A DNA stretch of 64,000 nt from Phycisphaeraceae bacterium (lineage in GTDB: Bacteria > Planctomycetota > Phycisphaerae > Phycisphaerales > Phycisphaeraceae), in the NCBI GenBank assembly GCA_963674705.1, contig OY771506.1:3936001-4000000 (forward strand). The letters run 5' to 3'. Position numbers and translations under genes: made by a program. Positions within the stretch are counted from its first letter, which is position 1; every line of letters starts with the position of its first letter. Under the pieces are notes generated by a model, which saw only the letters and a program-made list of their open reading frames with translations, ran no database searches and was not told the DNA's origin. Shown here one piece after another: positions 37,033-45,588 of the stretch.

Positions 37033-39894
37033 TCAGCAGCGACGTAGTACAACAACACAACCCAAGCCCAGGATCAGCAGCGAGGCCGGTTCCGGGATGG
37101 CAGCATATTCCGCAGGCGGCGTTCCGGTATTCCAGTTTGCTAGCACAATATCCAGATCGTCGATGCCGATATAGCCGTCACCGTTTATGTCAGCCACGGG
37201 ATTATTAGCCGAACTGGTATTCCAGTCAGCAAAGATGATGTCAAGATCAGCTATGCCCACAAAACCGTCACCGTTCAGATCGGCGATAGGATTGTTTGAC
37301 GTGCTGCTGTTCCACAAACTCAGCAAAATGTCGAGGTCATCTATGCCGATGTAGCCGTCAAGGTTCAGATCGGCTGCAGGATTAGATTCTGAACTTTTGT
37401 TCCAACTGGCAAGCAGGATGTCCAGGTCATCCAAACCAACGAAACCGTCACCATTTATATCCGCTGGCGGATGGACCAACCGCTTGGTATTCCAGTTACC
37501 AAGCAAAATGTCTATGTCCTGTAAACCGACAAAGCCATCACCGTCCAGATCGACAGCGGCTATGGATGGGGTGTTGGTGTTCCAGTTAGCAAGCAGGATG
37601 TCCAGGTCGTCGATCCCGACATAACCGTCGTCGTTTATATCACCGGGCAGGCTGCCGACGATAGCGTGATAGCTTGTCAGCAAATCGGCTGCGTCCAGAG
37701 CGTAGTTGTAGTAGTTGAGAATCGACAACTCACCTACAAACCCGCCGCCAGAGAACGGCAGATCGCCAGCACCACCGTTGGCGCCCAATCCACCACCCGC
37801 CATGTTTCCCAATCCAGCATCATCGAAACCGTCCCAGTCAATCTCATCCATGCCCAGTACACCGTACACGCGGGTCTGTAGCAAGCCGTTGAGATAAATA
37901 TCGACATAACGATCAGCCGGATTGTCTGAGAAGACCGCCGCTAACTGGATGAATTCCTCGGTAGGGTCGACATGAACATCGATGTCGGTAGTCACGGTCA
38001 GTGACTGTCCATCGAGCCCAAGTACGCGGAAGCGGATCTCATTGAACGTTCCATCATTATCCGCATCACCGAGTGTAAGTGAGAGACCAGACGTGCCGTC
38101 GCCTGATTCAAAGAGTATCTGCTCCCGGTCCAACGCATCCATACGGAGCCACATTTCCACACTCACGGAATGGTCGGCATCGTACTCATCGGGTGCACTC
38201 GGATCGGACACACGGAAGAACGTGTGAGACATCACATCGCTGCCATCAAAGTGAAATACTTTCGACGAGAGCCCGAGGGGCTGGCCTGATGTAATAGACA
38301 GCACCGGCTCACTGAGGTAACCGTCTCGCTGCCAGTTTTCACGGTTGTACTCATCCACATCAATCGTCGAACGCCACCTCGAGCTGTTGCTGCCCGGATT
38401 GCTGGCATCCCACTGCAATTGGATGGGCGCGGCCACATCGTAGGGAAGTGAAGCATCAACAGCGTCGAGCCACGCATCGAGCTTCGCGACCAATTCCGCT
38501 GCCTTGCTGGGCATGTCGTCGGCCAGGTTCAAGGGGGAATCCGGATCATCGCTTTCCGTCAGGCTTTGCGACAGATCGAACAGGAATATCTGGTCGGGTT
38601 GTCCGTATTCACCGTAGATCCTGACGAGTTTATAGTCGCCATCCCTGATGGCAGACGAGGGAACGCCGACTCTGCTGTAATGCGGATAGTGAAAGAACAG
38701 CTCGCCATTCGGCCCGTAAGCACGTGATAATGAATCCATCCCGTTGGGCAGGTTACCGTCGTTTTCCAGTATCGGTACAAGGCTGGTCCCCTCAACGCCG
38801 TCCGGCAACGGGGCTGTGATACCGGCCAGGTCCGCAATCGTCGGCAGGAAGTCATTCGATGTGACCGGTACATCACTGATCGTCCCCGCGGTGATTCCGG
38901 GTCCCTTAACGATCATCGGGACTTTTATCCCACCTTCCCAGAGTGTCGCCTTCCCGGAGAACAGCGGGGTGTTTACCGTGGTGTCTTGGGTTAACGTTCC
39001 GCCGTTATCCGAATAGAGTATCACGTAGGTGTTGTTGGCCAGACCTAACTCGTCCAGCTTATCCAGGATCATCCCGACGCCTGTATCCATTGCTTCGACA
39101 TACGCGGCATATTCAGGGTTGTCATGCCGTTCTCCGGGAGTCTTGGCCTCATACTTTGCAAGTGTTTCTGGCTCCGAATGAAGCGGAAGATGCACCGCGA
39201 AGTAAGACGCCTGTGCATAGAAAGGTGCACCGTCCGCCGCTCGTGCTTCCAGGAAGGTATTAATGCTATCGGAGATGGTGAAAGTTTTACCTGGGTCTTC
39301 TTCATCAGGCAGACCACCACCCGGCTGCCAGTAATCGTATCCCTGGCTGCTGAGGTCTGTAGCCTCCCGGTTAGTGGCAGTATTCAGGTGCCACTTATTC
39401 GTATGAGCAGCAAGGTAGTCTGGATAACTTGCCTTGAGCACTTCCGGGATGGTTACCTCTTCAGCGGGCAACTTGTCCAGTGGCAGGGGCGCTGTCAGGG
39501 GAAGTCCCTGATAGAACATCTGGAATCTGCTATCCGATGTATCACGCGATTCGGTGATATCGGTCATCTGCAGTTGAGCGGGGCTCTTGCCGGTCTGGAT
39601 CGACGCCCGTGTCGGTGAGCAGACGGGAGCGGCTGTATACGCATTGGAAAAGACCATGCCTTCGGTTGCCAGCTTTTCGAGCGTGGGTGTCTCGTGGTAA
39701 TCGCTTTTGGATTCGGGTACATCCGGATCGATCTGGATGGAGGTGTCGGTCCACCCCAGATCATCGACCAGGATAAACAGGAAGTTAGGCTGATCAGATG
39801 CCTGCGCATAGGCAACTGGACCGGTTACAAAAACCAGCCAGAGCAGGGCGGTTACAACAACACACCCGCGCCGGAAATACTTCAGCGACATCAT
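37033..39894 (-). CDS. Sulfatase + LamG-like domain + six dockerin-like repeats + PEP-CTERM
   Basis: NFLFILVDDLG, CSPTR, KWHL, SDNGG and GKATLWEGG; SVEMWLR LamG-like segment; six D.N.DG.(V/I)G..D.DI....WN repeats; IPEP-TM-RR. Confidence 0.9.
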   Translation of the reverse strand: MMSLKYFRRGCVVVTALLWLVFVTGPVAYAQASDQPNFLFILVDDLGWTDTSIQIDPDVPESKSDYHETPTLEKLATEGMVFSNAYTAAPVCSPTRASIQTGKSPAQLQMTDITESRDTSDSRFQMFYQGLPLTAPLPLDKLPAEEVTIPEVLKASYPDYLAAHTNKWHLNTATNREATDLSSQGYDYWQPGGGLPDEEDPGKTFTISDSINTFLEARAADGAPFYAQASYFAVHLPLHSEPETLAKYEAKTPGERHDNPEYAAYVEAMDTGVGMILDKLDELGLANNTYVILYSDNGGTLTQDTTVNTPLFSGKATLWEGGIKVPMIVKGPGITAGTISDVPVTSNDFLPTIADLAGITAPLPDGVEGTSLVPILENDGNLPNGMDSLSRAYGPNGELFFHYPHYSRVGVPSSAIRDGDYKLVRIYGEYGQPDQIFLFDLSQSLTESDDPDSPLNLADDMPSKAAELVAKLDAWLDAVDASLPYDVAAPIQLQWDASNPGSNSSRWRSTIDVDEYNRENWQRDGYLSEPVLSITSGQPLGLSSKVFHFDGSDVMSHTFFRVSDPSAPDEYDADHSVSVEMWLRMDALDREQILFESGDGTSGLSLTLGDADNDGTFNEIRFRVLGLDGQSLTVTTDIDVHVDPTEEFIQLAAVFSDNPADRYVDIYLNGLLQTRVYGVLGMDEIDWDGFDDAGLGNMAGGGLGANGGAGDLPFSGGGFVGELSILNYYNYALDAADLLTSYHAIVGSLPGDINDDGYVGIDDLDILLANWNTNTPSIAAVDLDGDGFVGLQDIDILLGNWNTKRLVHPPADINGDGFVGLDDLDILLASWNKSSESNPAADLNLDGYIGIDDLDILLSLWNSSTSNNPIADLNGDGFVGIADLDIIFADWNTSSANNPVADINGDGYIGIDDLDIVLANWNTGTPPAEYAAIPEPASLLILGLGCVVVLRRC

Positions 39895-40150
39895 ATGCCC
39901 CCTTGGAGTGCACTTATTTATTACGTAATAATAGTATATACCACTTTTTCTCAGAAGAAGCCATAAATAAAGATGTATTTAGCACAGATTAAACCCATGC
40001 TAGTCAAGCTGTTGGCATGGCTAGAACGCAAATGGATTGGCGATTTGGGCAAAATAGTGGATTGCGAAGAGCAGGGAAAAATCGTTTTATTGGATTTCTG
40101 CTACTTCATAAGGTTTTTCCGTTTGTCAACCGGCCTGATAAGCTTTTTGT

Positions 40151-40985
40151 ATGTCTGACCGGCCGAACGTCGTTTTAATATGCGTCGATCAATGGCGAGG
40201 TGACTGCCTGGGCATCGCGGGGCACCCGGTGGTCCGCTCGCCCTATCTGGACCACTTTGCTTCCAGTGGTACGTTTCAGCAGGGCCTATTCGGCATGTCC
40301 CTCCTGTATCCCCGCTCGGGCATCGCTGTATACCGGTCTGACTCCACAGTCGCACGGACGGGTCGGGTATCGAGACTGCGTACCGTGGAACTACCCCGTC
40401 ACGATTGCATCTTCATTCGCCGATCACGGCTACCACACACAGGCTGTCGGCAAGATGCACGTCTATCCCGAACGCAGCCTGCTTGGTTTCCACAATGTTG
40501 TTCTGCACGACGGGTATCTGCATGCGGCGCGACGGCGTGAGTATGACCTGCGCACCCGCGATGACTATCTTGCCTGGCTTCAAGAAAAACACGGGTCGGA
40601 TGCCGACTACTTCGAGCACGGCTTGAGCTGTAATGCTTACACCACTCGTCCATGGGACAAACCCGAATCACTGCACCCGACAAACTGAGTGGTATCGCAT
40701 ACGGGGCACTTCGGATCATCCCACTACATCACCGATGGCAAACACAAATACATCTGGTTCAGCCAAACGGGTCACGAACAATTGTTCGACCTGGCAACCG
40801 ACCCGAACGAACTGACCGACTTGGCCCGCACATCAGCAGGGGAGTCTTTGGTCTCTCGCTTCCGCGGATACCTGATTAAAGCATTGAAAGATCGCGAAGA
40901 GGGCTTCACGGACGGCCAAAAACTCATCCCAGGCCGGCCTGTGAAAGCGGTTCTATCTCATTTGAACAGTAACTCGCTGCATTAG
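40151..40985 (+). pseudogene. Arylsulfatase pseudogene
   Basis: RPNVVLICVDQWRGD start, frame change near 40270 into CPSCIPARAS/GKMH, in-frame TGA at 40686-40688, then a direct jump to the C-terminal TDGKHKYIW...EQLFDL..DP.E segment. Confidence 0.88.
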
Positions 40986-41010
40986 TCACATCGCCGCCTA
41001 TCGATAATAT

Positions 41011-41041
41011 AAAAGGCCGTGCCCAATGAAGGACACGGCCT
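41011..41041 (-). terminator. Probable terminator of the bactofilin genes
   Basis: AGGCCGTG...CACGGCCT stem preceded by an A-run. Confidence 0.6.
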
Positions 41042-41081
41042 CGAGATTTGCGCGAACAACTCTCGTACGTTGCGACTGCGG

Positions 41082-41600
41082 CTAGACCATGGGGCGGAAG
41101 CCCTTGGGGCTGACCGCAGCGATGCGCGGGATTAACTTCTTGGAAGGGCGTTCTGGCATGTGCCCGTTGTTCGGCCCGAGTCTGGGTTTGGGACGGATCG
41201 TGGCTTTGCCTCGTATTGTGGCACCATGCTCGATTACCAGGCTCTTGCCTGTCAGTTCGCCGACCGTCAGGCTGCCGCTGGTCAGGGTGATCTGTCCGTA
41301 GACGATCGCCTGGCCCTCGAATCGGCCTGTATTGGTGAACTTGCCGCAGACCAGCCGGCCGATCATCTCGCTGGGGCCGTCTAACTCGACGTGACCCATC
41401 GTAGAGACATCGCCTTCCATCCGCTGACGGAGGGTAAGGTCCTTGAACTCCAGCGGCCGGGTGCATGCAGGACAGCGCACCGACATCGCACGGCTCGAGA
41501 CTTCGAAAGCTCGACCGCAATGAGGGCACAACACCCTTCGCATGCTCCTCGGCGCCGGCTCACGGGGATGAATCGTGGCCAGGGCCGGTCGCAGTGGCAT
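41082..41600 (-). CDS. Bactofilin with N-terminal zinc ribbon
   Basis: CPHC-x14-CPAC followed by beta-helix repeats ending LVIEHGATIRG. Confidence 0.82.
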   Translation of the reverse strand: MPLRPALATIHPREPAPRSMRRVLCPHCGRAFEVSSRAMSVRCPACTRPLEFKDLTLRQRMEGDVSTMGHVELDGPSEMIGRLVCGKFTNTGRFEGQAIVYGQITLTSGSLTVGELTGKSLVIEHGATIRGKATIRPKPRLGPNNGHMPERPSKKLIPRIAAVSPKGFRPMV

Positions 41601-41621
41601 GGTGTGTGTATCCGCTGGGGT

Positions 41622-42158
41622 TTAGCCGATTCCGTTGCCGTTGCGTGAAGAAATCACCTTCGGACGACGACGCTGAAGGATCTGGTTCACCGAACCCGGC
41701 ATCGTCGTGACATGGCTCTCTTCATCCTGCTCCTCTTCGTGATGAGACTGGCTCATCGAGGGAGCAGGGCTGGAGAATGCCTGGCTGTTGTCGCCCTGGT
41801 TGAGGGCTTCCTTGGCAGCCTGGATGGCTTTAGGACCAACACAGACGTCGCCTTGGAAGGTTGCACCTTCGACAACGTTCAGCCGGCTGGTGTAGAGCTG
41901 GCCCACCAGCTGGGCGCCCGGCAGCAGCTCAACCGCGTCCTCAGCCACCACGTCCGCTTCGGCGTGGCCGGCCAGACGCAGGGCGCCGGCGATGATCATC
42001 CCCGAAACCTGGGACGATTCGCTCAGCTCCAGCGTGCCGCTGACTCGCAGCGTGCCAGTGAATTCACCCATAATCAGGGCGTCGTTGTCGAGCGCCAACT
42101 CACCGCTGATACGGCAGTCTGGGCCCAATACAGTCTTGCTTGTTCGCGCGTCGCTCAT
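41622..42158 (-). CDS. Bactofilin (polymer-forming cytoskeletal protein)
   Basis: TVLGPDCRISGEL...I.GEFTG...LNVVEGATFQG; AGGAG RBS before ATG 42158. Confidence 0.88.
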   Translation of the reverse strand: MSDARTSKTVLGPDCRISGELALDNDALIMGEFTGTLRVSGTLELSESSQVSGMIIAGALRLAGHAEADVVAEDAVELLPGAQLVGQLYTSRLNVVEGATFQGDVCVGPKAIQAAKEALNQGDNSQAFSSPAPSMSQSHHEEEQDEESHVTTMPGSVNQILQRRRPKVISSRNGNGIG

Positions 42159-42339
42159 TTCAAAAACTCCTTCTGTGGTTACCGCCGAACCTCCTCGGCA
42201 GAGCATCCCCTTCATCGGACGCTAACGCGGTTTTGTCCAAAACTATTTTCTCATTCCAATTAATGGCTGAATCAGGGGTTATTCTCGGACACATAAAAGG
42301 TTATCGAACCACTGGTGCGCCTGAGTAATTCCCGTTATC

Positions 42340-43080
42340 GTGCCCATCATGGACGCAATGCGAAGGATGCGGATACTCAAACAGCACGTTCAAACCGACC
42401 GACTGCTGGGCGTCGGGGCCGTGCCGGTAGGGCAGGCAGTAGCCCAGTTTGAAACCGACACTGCGCCGGCAGCAACGGCAAGCAGGGCGGTTTCGTTGCC
42501 TGTTTTAAGCCTGGACCAGAAGACCGAACTGCTGTCGCAGATGGACGAACAGGAAGTCCGCACCTGCACCGCCTGTGTGCTCTGTGAAAGCCGAATCCAG
42601 ACTGTCTTCGGCGAGGGCGATCCGGACGCGGATGTCATGTTCGTCGGTGAAGGCCCGGGTCAGAGTGAAGACGAGCAGGGCAGGCCTTTCGTCGGCCGAT
42701 CGGGAGAACTGCTGACCAAGCAGATCGAGGCAATGGGCTTTAAGCGATCGCAGGTCTACATCGCGAATGTCGTGAAGTGCCGTCCACCCAAGAACCGTAC
42801 GCCCCTGGCAGACGAAGTCGCCGCATGCTCCGGTTACCTGCGGCGGCAGATCGAAGTCATTCAGCCCAAGGTCATCATCACACTCGGTGGCCCGGCAGCT
42901 AAACTCCTGCTCAACATCGAGCAGGGCATCACACGCGCCCGCGGCATCTGGCATGAATACAACGGCGTCCCCGTCATGCCCACTTTCCACCCGGCCTATC
43001 TCTTACGCCAATACACCAAAGAAAACCGCGCCAAGGTCTGGTCCGACCTCAAAGCGGTAATTAAACGCATGCAGGGATAA
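42340..43080 (+). CDS. Uracil-DNA glycosylase, family 4 (Fe-S)
   Basis: CTAC, VGEGPG, GRPFVG, NVVKCRPP and FHPAY; start may be 42349. Confidence 0.93.
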   Translation: MPIMDAMRRMRILKQHVQTDRLLGVGAVPVGQAVAQFETDTAPAATASRAVSLPVLSLDQKTELLSQMDEQEVRTCTACVLCESRIQTVFGEGDPDADVMFVGEGPGQSEDEQGRPFVGRSGELLTKQIEAMGFKRSQVYIANVVKCRPPKNRTPLADEVAACSGYLRRQIEVIQPKVIITLGGPAAKLLLNIEQGITRARGIWHEYNGVPVMPTFHPAYLLRQYTKENRAKVWSDLKAVIKRMQG

Positions 43081-43146
43081 ACGCTCAGCTACGACCCGAG
43101 TGAGTCAGTCAGAAGGCTTACGGTTCTGACTTCAGGAGCAGGAGTC

Positions 43147-43965
43147 TCAAGCGGTACAGATTTGTTGGTTGGCCTCGAATTGCCGGGAAACCTGCTCGCT
43201 TGCATCAATCCGTTCCAGCAATACCAGCAATTCCCGGCGATTGTTCACACGCAGCTTGCGGTAGATACTCTTGACATGCACGTGAACCGTGTTCGGTGAA
43301 CGACTCAACGCCTCAGCTACCTGCTTCTCAGTCTCCCTTTGCGCCAAACGATCCAATACCAGCCGTTCAGTACTGCTGAGTTGATCGAGCGAGTGAAACT
43401 TCGACGCTTCATGGTGTTGTGCCAGGCTGAATGGGATCGGTCCATTCAGGCTCGCGTTTTCCTGCTGCGCACCGATACGGATGATCTGGCCGCATTGTTG
43501 GACATAACGTAACGCCCGGTCACAATCTTCCTCGGTAAAAGCCGGTTGAGCCGCATCACGTATGAACAGCATGTAGCAATCGGGCGCAGTTGCGAATGTA
43601 ATTCCCATGCACCTCGCTTCTTGACGCACTTCAGGCACGCCCGTCATCGTGGCAATCTCAGCACAGACCTTCATATTCATTTGTGGATAGAACAACACGG
43701 CTCTATCGCCTGTTGGCTCCGGCAGGCTATGCCAGACAGCCGAGGAGGGGTCATCCGGCCACTGATACATCCGGTTGCACTCATGCGAATCGCTGCTGTG
43801 GTTGCATTGGTGAATAAATACCGTACTTGGTGTGGCAACCTGACCCCGAAATGCGGCTACCACACCGCTTGCTCGTATGACCCGTGACATCACACCCACT
43901 ACGTGCGACATGGCGCCGTAGATCGTTGATTCCAGGTCTCGATTTACTCGTGTCAGATCCAGCAC
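43147..43965 (-). CDS. LuxR-type HTH regulator with uncharacterised N-terminal domain
   Basis: LSSTERLVL...EKQVAEAL.RSPNTVHVHVKSIYRKL.V. Confidence 0.82.
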   Translation of the reverse strand: MLDLTRVNRDLESTIYGAMSHVVGVMSRVIRASGVVAAFRGQVATPSTVFIHQCNHSSDSHECNRMYQWPDDPSSAVWHSLPEPTGDRAVLFYPQMNMKVCAEIATMTGVPEVRQEARCMGITFATAPDCYMLFIRDAAQPAFTEEDCDRALRYVQQCGQIIRIGAQQENASLNGPIPFSLAQHHEASKFHSLDQLSSTERLVLDRLAQRETEKQVAEALSRSPNTVHVHVKSIYRKLRVNNRRELLVLLERIDASEQVSRQFEANQQICTA

Positions 43966-44243
43966 TGTTCTATTCCTTTTATAATTAAGCCTCTTTTACT
44001 TGTCTCCACTGAGAATAGAAAGGTTCTTACTCAACCGTTACTAAGAATCGGTAAATTATTTGGATAAAAATATTCTGGTGTCAGACCCGTGGCACGCCGA
44101 AGTATTAATATCATGTCGACAATTAATTCGGATGTGCTATAGCTGATGTCAGGAAAAGCAGTTACAATAGCTTGTGCCAGACATTTTTTTTGAGTATCTT
44201 CCCCTAGCTTTGTACATATGTGAGCACGGATCAAGGGCAATTC

Positions 44244-45413
44244 ATGAACTACAACCAGCTTATGCGCTTTCTTACCATCTCCTTTCTTGCCTTTGGCCTG
44301 AGCTTCCTGCCTGTTACGCCTACGCTCGCCCACGAGGTCGACCACTACACCGTCCCCACGGGACAGGAGTTTGTCGATATGGGCGACTATCTCAATGAAT
44401 ATTTTGTCAGCGCGATCGAAGAGGGGGTCCGTCGGACCAATCGGCGTATTGATATCGCGTTGGGCAACGACGGCAGCCGATTCGACCCGGCCGATCCGCA
44501 CTACGGCGCCGGCGAACTGAAAACCTACGACCACCGACCAACCAATCAATCCCTGGATTACCTGCAATCTGATAAAGCCGTTGTCTCCTACGTACGCAGT
44601 TCCATTCCCGATGCGGTCACGCTTATCGAAGGCATGGAACGCGAATTCCACCGCGATTCCTTCAAAAAGCTATACCCCGACGGGCTTGTCGCTTTCCACC
44701 CATCCGACTTCGATTGCGTCTTCGCCAAAGTGCACTTCCCACTCGACCCCCGAGCCCTGTTCCGGATCTGGCGCTCCAGCTCATTCATGGCCTACGACAC
44801 CTATCTCGGGACTGATAAAATCGGCCACTTCGTCGATATGGGCTACCACTATTACAACGAATACCACCGCCTCCACGACGACCTGGGCTACGGCGAACGA
44901 CGTGCCATGCACGACACGCCATTCAATATCAACAACGGCCTGCTCAGCGAAAAATCCATCCTCGGCTACGCCTCGGCCGGCGCATACTCTAACGCCGACA
45001 TGGCGGCAAACTATGTCGGCTGCCTCTTCTACCGCAACCTCACTGAACCGGTTCGCCTTAAAGGCAAGATCGTGCCGCCGGCTGTGGTTCGTGATGGTGA
45101 ATACTGGAAGTTGAACGACCACGTCAGGGGCGAACCTGACTTCTTCGCATGGTTTATCTCCGATCACTATGACGAAGCGCTCAATCCCAGCCACTACGAG
45201 AAGGGTATGCAGGGGGCCATGCGCCGCGCCATCAAGGACCGCTGCGAGAGCCTGATGGACTGGTACGCCGATGAAAACGGCCATCACAGGCCCGTGGGCT
45301 ACTTCGAGTACAAGATGTACGACCTGATGTCTTACTACAACACCGACTACGGCCACAGCCGGCTGTTCGATGAAATACTGAACATGGATCGCGTCTGCAA
45401 GAAGCGGCAGTAG
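44244..45413 (+). CDS. Secreted hypothetical protein with DKIGHF motif
   Basis: Signal peptide ending TLA-HEVDHY; strong coding codon bias; His/Asp/Glu-rich motifs. Confidence 0.78.
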   Translation: MNYNQLMRFLTISFLAFGLSFLPVTPTLAHEVDHYTVPTGQEFVDMGDYLNEYFVSAIEEGVRRTNRRIDIALGNDGSRFDPADPHYGAGELKTYDHRPTNQSLDYLQSDKAVVSYVRSSIPDAVTLIEGMEREFHRDSFKKLYPDGLVAFHPSDFDCVFAKVHFPLDPRALFRIWRSSSFMAYDTYLGTDKIGHFVDMGYHYYNEYHRLHDDLGYGERRAMHDTPFNINNGLLSEKSILGYASAGAYSNADMAANYVGCLFYRNLTEPVRLKGKIVPPAVVRDGEYWKLNDHVRGEPDFFAWFISDHYDEALNPSHYEKGMQGAMRRAIKDRCESLMDWYADENGHHRPVGYFEYKMYDLMSYYNTDYGHSRLFDEILNMDRVCKKRQ

Positions 45414-45588
45414 GCTAGCCTGCACCCGCGATATCGCAAATGACTGGCTGGTAAACACATAAAAATACCGCAACGCCTTGGCCGCCTGACCGATACCGCC
45501 TCACTCTCTCAAGTTGACCCCCAACAAGGGTCGATAATGTTTGAGAAGTGGGGATGGATATCAGTCCACACAAACCGAGGCACTACGT

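Noticed and set aside
37090..37660. CRISPR-like periodic repeats, or evidence of a cellulosome
   Set aside because: The repeats are degenerate in-frame protein repeats; no cas genes, cohesins or scaffoldin are in the window.
40686..40688. TGA read as Trp or Sec (alternative genetic code)
   Set aside because: Many intact genes here end in TGA, and the same gene also has a frameshift and a deletion.
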